Positions 38,119 through 47,195 of a stretch of DNA of 64,000 nucleotides are shown piece by piece. The stretch covers positions 6,937 through 70,936 of the forward strand of contig PEAN01000010.1 in NCBI GenBank assembly GCA_002753735.1. The letters are read 5' to 3'. The notes beneath the pieces are model-generated. The model saw nothing but the letters and a program-made list of their open reading frames with translations, made no database searches and was not told the origin of the DNA. Position numbers and translations under genes: made by a program. Each line of letters begins with the position of its first letter. The stretch's first letter is position 1. The stretch comes from Magnetococcales bacterium DCbin4. Lineage in GTDB: Bacteria; Pseudomonadota; Magnetococcia; Magnetococcales; UBA8363.

Positions 38119-39063
38119 ATGGCCAAGAAGAATGTAAACATCGGCACGCGCAGCAGCGCCCTGGCCCTGTGGCAGGCCCGTTGGGTCAAATCGAAGATCG
38201 AATCCCTGCACGATGCCGTGACGGTGGAACTGATTCCCATCAAAACCCGTGGCGACAAGATCCTGGATGTCCCCCTGGCCAAGGTTGGCGGTAAAGGATT
38301 GTTCGTCAAGGAACTGGAAGATGCCCTCCTCGATGGTCGTTGCGACCTGGCGGTCCATTCCATGAAGGATGTCCCGGTCGATTTTCCCGAAGGGTTGATG
38401 TTGGGGCCCATTCTGCCTCGGGAAGATCCACGCGATGCCTTGTTGTCGGTCGCCTATTCAGGATTGCATGACCTGCCCCATGGGGCACGGGTGGGATCTT
38501 CATCACTCAGACGCCAAAGTCAATTATTGGCCATCCGCCCCGACCTGCGCATCCTCTCCCTGCGCGGCAATGTCAATACCCGCATCGACAAACTGCTTGC
38601 AGGTCAATTCGATGCCATCGTCCTGGCGGCGGCGGGGGTCAAACGTCTGGAGGCGACACAACATGTCGTGGAATATCTCGACATCCAGAAAATGCTGCCC
38701 GCCAATGGTCAAGGGGCGGTCGGGATCGAACTGCGTTGCGCTGATCCCGAAATTCAGGCATTGGTGCAACCCCTTGATGATCTGGCCACCCGGCATTGCG
38801 TCCTGGCGGAACGGGCTTTTTTAAAAACATTGGAAGGGGGATGCCAAACCCCCATCGCCGGTCATGCCACCCTGAACGGTGACCTGCTCCATCTTCGGGG
38901 ACGGGTCGCTTCGCTCGATGGCGGAATCTGTTACGAAGAGGTCATTGAAGGCGCCGCCCGAGAGGCGGAAGACCTTGGCGTCGCACTGGCCCAACGTCTG
39001 TTGGCCTCAGGAGCGGACCGACTCCTGGCCGATCTGCTGCGCGCCGCCCATGAACACCCCTGA
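38119..39063 (+). CDS. hemC: hydroxymethylbilane synthase (porphobilinogen deaminase)
   Basis: IGTRSSALALWQA, IKTRGDKILD, LAKVGGKGLFVKELE, AVHSMKDVP, GSSSLRR. Confidence 0.9.
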   Translation: MAKKNVNIGTRSSALALWQARWVKSKIESLHDAVTVELIPIKTRGDKILDVPLAKVGGKGLFVKELEDALLDGRCDLAVHSMKDVPVDFPEGLMLGPILPREDPRDALLSVAYSGLHDLPHGARVGSSSLRRQSQLLAIRPDLRILSLRGNVNTRIDKLLAGQFDAIVLAAAGVKRLEATQHVVEYLDIQKMLPANGQGAVGIELRCADPEIQALVQPLDDLATRHCVLAERAFLKTLEGGCQTPIAGHATLNGDLLHLRGRVASLDGGICYEEVIEGAAREAEDLGVALAQRLLASGADRLLADLLRAAHEHP

Positions 39064-39859
39064 GGCGATCAACCCTCATTGCGCCGATCACAAACCGGGA
39101 TCCAACCTGGCGGGTCGCCTGCTGTTGATCACCCGTCCTCTGCCGGAAGCACGAACCACCGCCCGCCAGTTGGAACGTCTCGGTGCCACGGCAAGGGTAA
39201 GCCCGGTCCTCCACCTTCAACCGCCCGATGATCCCGCCCCCTTCCGGGAAGCCCTCGCCCATCTGACCCGCTATGACGGCATCATCTTCACCAGTGCCCA
39301 TGCCGTCCGGGTCTTCCTGGATGATCCCGTTGCCAAAACCCCGCTTCCCAGGATTTATGCCGTTGGCAACAAAACCGCTTCCTTGCTGATTGCGGCAGGT
39401 CTCACCCCCGAAGTCCCCGACCGTCCCCTGGGGGGACACGAACTGGCATTGGAACTACTGCAAAACCACCCTTCGGACCGCCGATTTTTGTTTCTCCGCG
39501 CCCAGGAGGGGCGGGATGAATTGATCACCACCCTCCGTCAGGCTGGCAAGGCGGTCGATCTGGTCGCAGCCTACGCCATGGCCCCCACCCCCCACCTCGA
39601 CCCCGAAACGCTGCACCTGTTGGAACAGCGGCGCATCGATGCCATCCCTTTTTTCAGCGGACGGACGGCACAGGTGTTTTTCAATCTGCTGCCAGACGAC
39701 ACCCGACACGCCCTGCTCGACAGACCCCTTCTGGCCGCCCTCTCCGTCACCACCGCCCGCGCCATGGAAACCGCAGGGATGAGGGTGGATCTCATTTGCC
39801 ATCAACCCGGAACCGAAGCCATGATCGCCACCCTGGAAGAAGCATTTCGGCTGTCATGA
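39050..39859 (+). CDS. hemD: uroporphyrinogen-III synthase
   Basis: Follows hemC with a 14-nt overlap. LLLITRPLPEA..., IIFTSAHAV, FSGRTA are HemD-like half-domain motifs. The ORF-track start at 38879 lies inside hemC. Confidence 0.7.
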   Translation: MNTPEAINPHCADHKPGSNLAGRLLLITRPLPEARTTARQLERLGATARVSPVLHLQPPDDPAPFREALAHLTRYDGIIFTSAHAVRVFLDDPVAKTPLPRIYAVGNKTASLLIAAGLTPEVPDRPLGGHELALELLQNHPSDRRFLFLRAQEGRDELITTLRQAGKAVDLVAAYAMAPTPHLDPETLHLLEQRRIDAIPFFSGRTAQVFFNLLPDDTRHALLDRPLLAALSVTTARAMETAGMRVDLICHQPGTEAMIATLEEAFRLS

Positions 39860-40660
39860 TATTTTTTTCATCGTTCCAAACAGAATGAATCTTCCCGCAA
39901 ACCAGAAGCCAAGGGGTTTGAACATCATGAGCAGCAGCCGGTCCAGACGAGCGAGCATCGGGTAACTGTCGGGGACGATCCGGGTCACGAACATGTTGAA
40001 AAACAGGGTTTGTGATTGTGCCAACATGGCACGGCATGCGGCAAGATCGTGTTCGTTGAGCTTGACTTCATCCTCGGTGATATACGGTTTTTCGTTTTTG
40101 TAGATGAACGAGACCAGGCGCGGGTAGAAGAATTCGCAAACCCAGCGGGATTCGCGTATTTTCTGGATCAGGGAATGGGTATAATTTTCATTGATCATCA
40201 CCATGGCCCCGGGGTTGGCCATGTGGGACAATGCCGCCAACGCCTTGCCAACCTCCACATGGTGCAGAATGTCCCGGGCAAGGATCAAATCGAATGTGTG
40301 CCCGTGAAGGGAAGGTTGTTCCGCCGAGGTAACCTGGAAGTCGATGGTCAATCCTTCCCGGTCGGCGAGGTCACGCGCCAATCCGATCATGTCGGGACTC
40401 AGGTCGAAGGCGGTCACGCGATACCCCAACCGGGTCAACAGTCTGGCATCATCCCCCTGACCGCATCCCACCACCAAAGCCGATTTCCCCGCCCCCGGAT
40501 AACGGCGCAGCAGGGTGTACATGGTCCAATAACCATTCCACCAACGGCGCTGGTTGCTGGTGATGACATTGAGATCGACGGAGGCCCCCTTTTCCCGGCA
40601 AAGCAGGGCATGATCGCAATGGTATTCGCGTTCACGATGTTGTCGTGTCGTCAGGTTCAT
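39854..40660 (-). CDS. class I SAM-dependent methyltransferase
   Basis: ALVVGCGQGDDARLL (motif I), VTAFDLSPDMI, FDLILARDILHHV. Start trimmed to 40660 because the longer ORF runs into the tRNA gene. Confidence 0.7.
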   Translation of the reverse strand: MNLTTRQHREREYHCDHALLCREKGASVDLNVITSNQRRWWNGYWTMYTLLRRYPGAGKSALVVGCGQGDDARLLTRLGYRVTAFDLSPDMIGLARDLADREGLTIDFQVTSAEQPSLHGHTFDLILARDILHHVEVGKALAALSHMANPGAMVMINENYTHSLIQKIRESRWVCEFFYPRLVSFIYKNEKPYITEDEVKLNEHDLAACRAMLAQSQTLFFNMFVTRIVPDSYPMLARLDRLLLMMFKPLGFWFAGRFILFGTMKKIS

Positions 40661-40731
40661 CGATGTATGGCCACGGGTGTGAACCAACGAAAAACGGCCC
40701 GAATGGAATCCCATCCAGGCCGTTGAATTTT

Positions 40732-40807
<76 letters not shown>

Positions 40808-41254
40808 ATGGTTCAGAACAGGAAAGGGCAGGCTTTGTCAGGAAAATAACGCCCCCTTTCCGGAAGACCGATATTAGGGGGTCGCTTTTTGCGGGTCAAG
40901 GAACTTCCCGGCGACTTGGAAAAATTTTCTCGCGCGTCTCACATGGCCCTTTTATTGCGTGATCCATAGGCATAAGACAACACCGTTTCCCAGGAGTTCA
41001 GATGATGAAACGCAATCCCATGTGCATCAAGGATACCGAAGGAAAAGGGGCGAAAACCTTTTTTATTGCCACTCGGGGCGACCTTCTGGAGTGTCTCGAC
41101 GAACGGAGGCTGAGCGGAAGCAAAGCCAAGAACGGCAGCCTGAACCCTCCGGGAAGATCAATTGCACTCAAAACCCGGATGCCCGAATGAATGGATCCAT
41201 GGCGGTCGTGAAACGATCCGGACCGGGATCCATTCTTCACGCCTCGGAGGTTTC

Positions 41255-42013
41255 ATGTCGCTTGATGATGCCCAGATTGAACGTTACTCCCGTCAACTTC
41301 TGTTGAAGGAGTGGGGGGGAGCGGGACAGGAACAGTTACTCAATTCCAGGGTATTTCTCCTGGGAGTCGGAGGGCTTGGGGCGCCAGCGGCGTTGTATCT
41401 GGCTGCGGCGGGCGTTGGAACCCTGATCATCGCCGATTCCGACCGGGTGGAACGTTCCAACCTGCAACGTCAAATTCTCTATGGCACCCCCGACATCGGG
41501 CAACCCAAGGGGGAGACCGCAGCCCGGGTATTGCGTCGGCTCAACCCCGATGTCGAGGTTCAAGTCATTGGAACACGGGTCACCGATGCCATTCTTGATG
41601 ATCTCCTGCCCCGATGTGATCTGGCGCTGGATGCCAGCGATAATTTCGACACCCGTTATGCATTGAACGCGGCGTGTCTGCGCCATGGAAAACGGTTGGT
41701 GACGGGGGCTGTGCTTGGATTTGAAGGGCAGGTGGCGGTGTTCCACCATGGCATCGACGCCAACGCCTCATGTTATCGCTGCCTGTATCCCGCACCGTCA
41801 CAACGGTGTCAGGCGACCTGTGCCACGGCGGGCGTTCTGGGCGGGGTGGCCGGAATGATCGGCACCTTGCAAGCAGTAGAAGCGATCAAGGAATTGTTGG
41901 GCATCGGCACCACCCTGGCGGGACAGGTGCTTCTCATCAATACCCTTGACACCGTGTTCCACCGCGTCCGCGTCCCCCGCAATCCATCCTGCCCCACCTG
42001 CCGCCGCTCCTGA
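41255..42013 (+). CDS. moeB: HesA/MoeB/ThiF-family adenylyltransferase (molybdopterin-synthase adenylyltransferase-like)
   Basis: IERYSRQLLL, LLGVGGLGAPAALYLAAAGVG, DRVERSNLQRQ, zinc CxxC pairs CYRC and CPTC. GGAGG lies upstream of ATG 41255. Confidence 0.8.
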   Translation: MSLDDAQIERYSRQLLLKEWGGAGQEQLLNSRVFLLGVGGLGAPAALYLAAAGVGTLIIADSDRVERSNLQRQILYGTPDIGQPKGETAARVLRRLNPDVEVQVIGTRVTDAILDDLLPRCDLALDASDNFDTRYALNAACLRHGKRLVTGAVLGFEGQVAVFHHGIDANASCYRCLYPAPSQRCQATCATAGVLGGVAGMIGTLQAVEAIKELLGIGTTLAGQVLLINTLDTVFHRVRVPRNPSCPTCRRS

Positions 42014-42124
42014 GAAATTGGAAGCCACCAACCTGTTGTCGGCTTTCCACTTCTACTTTGTCACATTCATTAACAGGAGAGGATGGCTGGCAATTGACTG
42101 ATATGCATAGGAATATTGAAAGAG

Positions 42125-42160
42125 AAAAGGGGGCTTGAGGGATTGCCCCCTTTTTTCTTT
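42125..42160. terminator. bidirectional intrinsic terminator between moeB and the PP2C regulator gene
   Basis: GAAAA-GGGGGC-ttgagggatt-GCCCCC-TTTTTT. Nearly identical to the hairpin at 32252-32286. Confidence 0.7.
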
Positions 42161-42320
42161 CAATAATTAATTCAAAATCATCATATTGCAGTAAAACGAT
42201 GTGTTCACCCACATTTAACGCTAGAAGAGCCAATGAAAACCCTTGTTGAACCCATGCGCCTGATCATGAACCCTGGGAGATTGCGTCCTTCCTCTTTCTG
42301 CCGCTCTACGGACCCAGGGA

Positions 42321-43850
42321 TCAACATTCAATTCCCACCACGGTCATGTCGTCACTCTGCCCCTTCCCCGCACGATATCCTCGTAGCGCATTCTCAAGCA
42401 TTTCCAACGATTCGTTTCGATTGATCATCTGACTCAAAAGTTTTTCCATTTTTTCCTGGCCAAACATATTGCCCTCCGCATCCCGTTCCTCGACCCACCC
42501 ATCCGTGAAGGCGAAGATTCGGTCACCAGGTTGAAGATCAACGGTTTGACCCGAGCAAACAGGCCGATTGAGCACACCAAGAGGAAAACATTTCGACCCC
42601 AGACGGTGAAGAAGCCGTCCTTTTCGAAAAACCAGGATGTCCGGGATGGTACAATTCCAGACGGTCAGCATCCTTCGATCCAGGGAAATCTCTAAAGATC
42701 CTGCGGCCATGAACATGTTGACAGGCGTCTTCTTGGTAAGCATGGCATTGATCTCGTTTACGATTTCCGCAAGCGGAATATTTTGTTCCGTCATGGAATA
42801 AAAAATATCCGCGACCAAAGCCCCCCCCACGGCTGCTGGAAGACCATGTCCGGTAAAGTCCCCCAGGAACACATGTTGGCTTCCATCGGAACGAAAGGCG
42901 GAAAGGAGCAAATCGCCGGTGGTATGTTCCACCGGCGATTGCAGGAAATGAAGGGATCGGGAATCGAACTCCTCATTCGTGCGCATTCGGACAATGATCT
43001 CTTCAATGATTTCCCGTTCACAGCTGAGATGGTCTCGGTGTTTCTTGATCTCATCCTCCAACTCTTTTTGCTGTGTGATATTTTCGGTGAACATCATGAC
43101 CCCACCCGTTTTTCCGTCCTCCTTTTGCCAGGGAAAGGCTTCCCATCGGTACCATTGAACCCGCCCATTCCGATCTTCGATGGGATCGGCGTCATGCCTT
43201 TCCCATGCACCGTTCAGACAACGCTGATGAATGTCCCGCCAATATTTTATATCATTCGGAAGGAGATCATAATGACATTGATGTATGACCGACTGATGAA
43301 CGAGGCCGAAATCATCGAGCCATTTTTGGCTGGCATGTAGATAGCGCATTTGCTCGTCGAACATGGCAATGGCAACAGGCGCTTTATGCATGAACAGTTT
43401 GATCCGCTCATCCCGTTCACGAATGATCTTCAAATGTTCATGGATTATGTGAAGATTTTTTTGTTGCCGCAGAAGAAGCCGAATGCGTTGATGAAGAACC
43501 GCCCAATTGATGGGCTTGGTGATATATTCCTGGGCGCCACTTTCAAACGCCCTGTTGACCAAATCCTCATCTTCCAGACCCGTCACCAAGACGACAGGGA
43601 CATCCTTCCCATTGGCGCTTTCCTTCACCAGACGGCAAGCATGAAAACCGTCCATTATTGGCATGTCTGCATCAAGGAGCACCAAGGAGGGTTCATGCTC
43701 TATGAACAAATCAACTGATTCCTTACCATTTCCCGCCTTGATCACGCCGTATCCGGCCTGTTTCAGATAATGAGTCATGGCATCCAGCATGTACTCATCA
43801 TCGTCTGCGACAAGGATGGTATCCGGGCAGGCAGAGTGAAGCGCGCTCAT
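42321..43850 (-). CDS. response regulator with PAS and PP2C/SpoIIE phosphatase domains (RsbU-like)
   Basis: REC (ILVADDDEYM...LLDADMPIMDG...K). PAS (APVAIAMFDEQMRYLHASQKW...). PP2C (GDFTGHGLPAAV...FTDGW...GQSDDMTVVGIE). GGGGGA lies before ATG 43850. Confidence 0.8.
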   Translation of the reverse strand: MSALHSACPDTILVADDDEYMLDAMTHYLKQAGYGVIKAGNGKESVDLFIEHEPSLVLLDADMPIMDGFHACRLVKESANGKDVPVVLVTGLEDEDLVNRAFESGAQEYITKPINWAVLHQRIRLLLRQQKNLHIIHEHLKIIRERDERIKLFMHKAPVAIAMFDEQMRYLHASQKWLDDFGLVHQSVIHQCHYDLLPNDIKYWRDIHQRCLNGAWERHDADPIEDRNGRVQWYRWEAFPWQKEDGKTGGVMMFTENITQQKELEDEIKKHRDHLSCEREIIEEIIVRMRTNEEFDSRSLHFLQSPVEHTTGDLLLSAFRSDGSQHVFLGDFTGHGLPAAVGGALVADIFYSMTEQNIPLAEIVNEINAMLTKKTPVNMFMAAGSLEISLDRRMLTVWNCTIPDILVFRKGRLLHRLGSKCFPLGVLNRPVCSGQTVDLQPGDRIFAFTDGWVEERDAEGNMFGQEKMEKLLSQMINRNESLEMLENALRGYRAGKGQSDDMTVVGIEC

Positions 43851-44217
43851 GACGATCCCCCATAACAACAAAAATCCACAATCTCCATCTTTCCATGATG
43901 GAGATCCAATAGAAGCTAAAACATAAAAATTATATCACTTTGAAAGTAATCACAGGAATGACGACCGTATCAATTATCGCAAAGTTGTATTTTGCTGGCT
44001 ATTGCTCCAATTTTTCCCCATTTTACCACAGAGAGTTTATGAAGATAAAGCCAGCATAAATCCATGCATTGATGATCGACAAAAACAATCAAGGAATATT
44101 TCTTGGCAGATTTGCGAAAAAAAATCTCCATGATAGTGATGAAAAAAACCTGAATCACAATCATGGAGACAATTCCCCGTCATTCCCGCGAATGGGGGAA
44201 CCCTTCATTTTTCTTGA

Positions 44218-45354
44218 TCATTGTACGGAATCGATCGGCACGTTGAGATCGATCATGAGACTTTGCAATCGATTGTCGCGCAAAAACGTCAATACAGGCC
44301 GAGGATTGCGCTCGCGGGAACGCAGCAACCGGACCAGTGTGTGCGACGAAGTCAGGGGGGCATCATCCAGGCGCAAAGGACGATCACCCACCTTCAAACC
44401 TGCCCGAGCGGCAGGAGAATCCGGCGTCACCTCGGTAATGACCAACGCGGAAGCAACCATCTCCAGAGCAACCCCCAGCCGGGACAGGGGGATGTCGGAC
44501 GGCGGCGGTGGCGTTCCCCAGGCAAAATCGGCAGCCATCGCTGGCAGCGGTTGTTCCTGACCATTCCAAGGCAGAAGCGTCACTGTCTCTTTCTCTAGTC
44601 CCATGGCGGCCAGTTGATGGGGAATCCCATGCTTCATCAACAGGTGACCCGAACCTGCAAGGGCAACGATCCGCCCCCGTGGATGCCGTTGCACCCACTG
44701 GGCAATCGCCCGGGCCATGACCCCATCCCACAAGCGCTGGGCATCGATGAAATATTCCAGATTGCCCGCACGTGACATCATCGGATGGCTGTCGAACACC
44801 TCCTGCAACCGTTCCCGATACTCGGGGACAGCGGGTGCCAGAGTCGGCAACTCTTTTTTGACCGCATCCTCCAGTTGCTCCAACCCCCGGGTTCGCACCT
44901 GGCTGACGATGGTGCGATCAATGTTCATCGCGACCAGGGGAATCCGATGCGTGCGTGCCAGACGCAGAAGTGGCAGATAAAGTTCAGCATCGAATCCCCA
45001 GGTGAAATACCAGGTTACGGCATCGAGGAATTCCGTCTCGGTCATCCCCCCCGCGATCCATCGATCCAGAACGGGTTGCAGATGACGGGGAAACATTTCC
45101 ATCGCCAACGCCACCTCCCCCCCGCGTTCCAGCATGGCGGTCAAGACCGCTTTTTGTACCTCATGGTGCCCTGGATCATCATGGGTTTCCCCCACCAGAA
45201 TGATGCGATGGCGCGCCAACTCCGACATGAGCGCGCCCTGCTCCAATCGCCGCCCCTGCGCAAGCCAGACGATCTCCCCCGGTTCAATGTTCAATCCACC
45301 CATACCCATTACCTGCTGCATGATGAGAAAGGCGACAACGGTAAATGGAACCAT
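44218..45354 (-). CDS. ChaN-family (Tiki/haem-binding uptake superfamily) protein with C-terminal PDZ domain
   Basis: IILVGETHDDPGHHEVQ...LAMEMF...Q..LD...YLPLLRLARTHRIPLVAMNI is the ChaN pattern. C-terminal VITEVTPDSPAARAGLKVGDRPLRLD is PDZ-like. Confidence 0.65.
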   Translation of the reverse strand: MVPFTVVAFLIMQQVMGMGGLNIEPGEIVWLAQGRRLEQGALMSELARHRIILVGETHDDPGHHEVQKAVLTAMLERGGEVALAMEMFPRHLQPVLDRWIAGGMTETEFLDAVTWYFTWGFDAELYLPLLRLARTHRIPLVAMNIDRTIVSQVRTRGLEQLEDAVKKELPTLAPAVPEYRERLQEVFDSHPMMSRAGNLEYFIDAQRLWDGVMARAIAQWVQRHPRGRIVALAGSGHLLMKHGIPHQLAAMGLEKETVTLLPWNGQEQPLPAMAADFAWGTPPPPSDIPLSRLGVALEMVASALVITEVTPDSPAARAGLKVGDRPLRLDDAPLTSSHTLVRLLRSRERNPRPVLTFLRDNRLQSLMIDLNVPIDSVQ

Positions 45355-45464
45355 TTTTCAACGCCTTGAGTTTGATTGTGGAAAAATTGGGACAAACAGA
45401 GTCTTTAAGGATCATTCCCTGTCAGTACCATGAAAAGGGCCACCTGTTTTTCCTGCAAGGCCCC

Positions 45465-47018
45465 TCAGGCCAGCCAGGGACTCAGTCCTTCCAGGGCCAA
45501 TGCCCGAACCTGGTCGGTCACCCGGGGATCGACGAATACGCGGGCCAGGCGGCGGCGACTCTGGCCGAGGAAATGAACCAATGGACTGACCTGTTCTGCG
45601 GGTCGCACCGTCCCCTCCTGCGTGATGACATAGACCGGATCCGCGCCCAAGGGATCATATTGCAGGTGGGAATAGGGGGCACGCTGAATCCGATCCACCC
45701 GTGCCAACAAACGCAACGGAACATTCAAATAACCCCCATCCTCCTGAGGGGTTGCGATCATGTCCTCATCATGGTCGCGAAAAAACCGTTCAACCCGTTC
45801 CACAAGCTGAGGGTCATGGATCAAATCGGTCGCCTGTGGTGCTGCCCGTAACGTCGGATCCAATGCCACGCCCCCGGGGAACGGGGTGAAACCAAAAGAC
45901 AACTGCCCTTGATCCTCGCCTCCCGTCGGCATGTTCCACCTCAGTCGGCGATAAATGGACTGGCGATGACAAAACATGCGGCAACGCTGCCGCAACTCGC
46001 CCTGTACCGCCGTGCGCGGTTCCATGCTGGCCCAACGTCCAAGGGCATAATCGACCACCGTATCATCCAAAGCAAGAAATGCTTCGACCCCGGGATCCCG
46101 TCCCTGACGGGCGCTGGTCAGAAAAGTCACCAATGGCGGTGGTGTTTCAGGGGGTGGCGCTCCTTCAAGGGTCCAGATCCAATCGATGAGGCCGAAAATA
46201 TGGACCAGCAAGGTTTCAAAGGCGCGCACCGTCTTGTGATCATAGACCTGACGATACATGTGATCCCGGGCGAAAATATAGCTTTCCAGGGCGGCAGGCC
46301 CTTTACCCAGATCGACACACAACCGCAAACGTCCATCCACCGGTTGCACGTTCAAGGAGTGCAGCAGCCATTCCAGATCGAATCGGCCATAGGAGACCCC
46401 GGTACAATGGGCATCGCGCAACAGATAATCCATGCGGTCGGCGTCCAATTGACTGGAGATGAACGGCCTGCCGCTTAACCGTTCACTGGCACACGTACCG
46501 GAAGGCTGCCATATGTCACGCAAGGCATCCATGAACCGGTCCATCGCCAACCCCAATCGGTGACCATGTCGCTCCAGGAGGGTTCTGGGCAGACCCGGTT
46601 CCGAAAGAATGCGCCATCCCCAAGCTTCATGGTTGGGCAGATCGGGGAAAATATGTTCAAAGGCATGGGAATGGGGACCATGCCCGATATCGTGAAACAA
46701 GGCGGACACCTTGATGGCGAGGAGTTCAACCGGCTCAAGTCCGGTGAAACCACCCTGAATCGCCTGGGCGATCATTCTTTTGGCCAGGTGGAGCGTTCCC
46801 AGGGAATGCGAAAACCGTGAATGTTCCGCCGAAGGATAAATTTTCGCGGCGGGTCCCAACTGCCGGATGCGCCGCAGTCGTTGCATGGGGAGGGTATCGA
46901 TCAGGTCCAACAGCAACGCATCCCCCCAATCAACCGGGGCACAATCAGGGCCCTGGTCGATCCGATGCAGGATGATCATGTCATGCACCGCATCACGAAA
47001 TACCTTGCGGGCAACCAT
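45465..47018 (-). CDS. SAMHD1-like HD-domain dNTP triphosphohydrolase family protein
   Basis: KVFRDAVHDMIILH...LIDTLPMQRLRRIRQLG...SAEHSRFSHSLGTLHLA...ALFHDIGHGPHSHAFE...DADRMDYLLRDAHCTGVSYG. Start trimmed to 47018. Confidence 0.75.
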   Translation of the reverse strand: MVARKVFRDAVHDMIILHRIDQGPDCAPVDWGDALLLDLIDTLPMQRLRRIRQLGPAAKIYPSAEHSRFSHSLGTLHLAKRMIAQAIQGGFTGLEPVELLAIKVSALFHDIGHGPHSHAFEHIFPDLPNHEAWGWRILSEPGLPRTLLERHGHRLGLAMDRFMDALRDIWQPSGTCASERLSGRPFISSQLDADRMDYLLRDAHCTGVSYGRFDLEWLLHSLNVQPVDGRLRLCVDLGKGPAALESYIFARDHMYRQVYDHKTVRAFETLLVHIFGLIDWIWTLEGAPPPETPPPLVTFLTSARQGRDPGVEAFLALDDTVVDYALGRWASMEPRTAVQGELRQRCRMFCHRQSIYRRLRWNMPTGGEDQGQLSFGFTPFPGGVALDPTLRAAPQATDLIHDPQLVERVERFFRDHDEDMIATPQEDGGYLNVPLRLLARVDRIQRAPYSHLQYDPLGADPVYVITQEGTVRPAEQVSPLVHFLGQSRRRLARVFVDPRVTDQVRALALEGLSPWLA

Positions 47019-47129
47019 CCAGATCCCCCATTTTCCAAGTCGTGTTGGTAACAATGAATTGTTCTGGCACCAAAGGAATCGGCTACAATTCGGTAACGTG
47101 TATGATGACCAGGGCTTCCAACATTTTGG

Positions 47130-47149
47130 CCCCCCCCCCCCCGGGGGGG
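47130..47149. repeat. homopolymer tract C13 followed by G7
   Basis: ggCCCCCCCCCCCCCGGGGGGGatg read directly. Intergenic, between the helicase stop (47196) and the HD gene start (47018). Confidence 0.95.
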
Positions 47150-47195
47150 ATGATTGATGATCATTTTGGTCGTGATTTGTTGTCACAGGGAAAGT

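Noticed and set aside
41084-41200. tmRNA-like 5' string (GGGGCGACCTTCTGGAGTGTCTCGACG) and an SRP-RNA-like GGAA-capped helix
   Set aside because: No matching 3' acceptor strand (TCGCCCC-ACCA) or T-arm follows before the well-supported moeB start at 41255. The helix lacks the conserved AGCA symmetric-loop sequence of SRP RNA. Kept only as a generic structured-region note.
43970-44164. 64-aa minus-strand ORF and 163-aa plus-strand ORF in the AT-rich spacer upstream of the PP2C regulator
   Set aside because: Phe/Ile/Lys-biased translation of AT-rich DNA, with no start context or motifs. More likely a promoter region.
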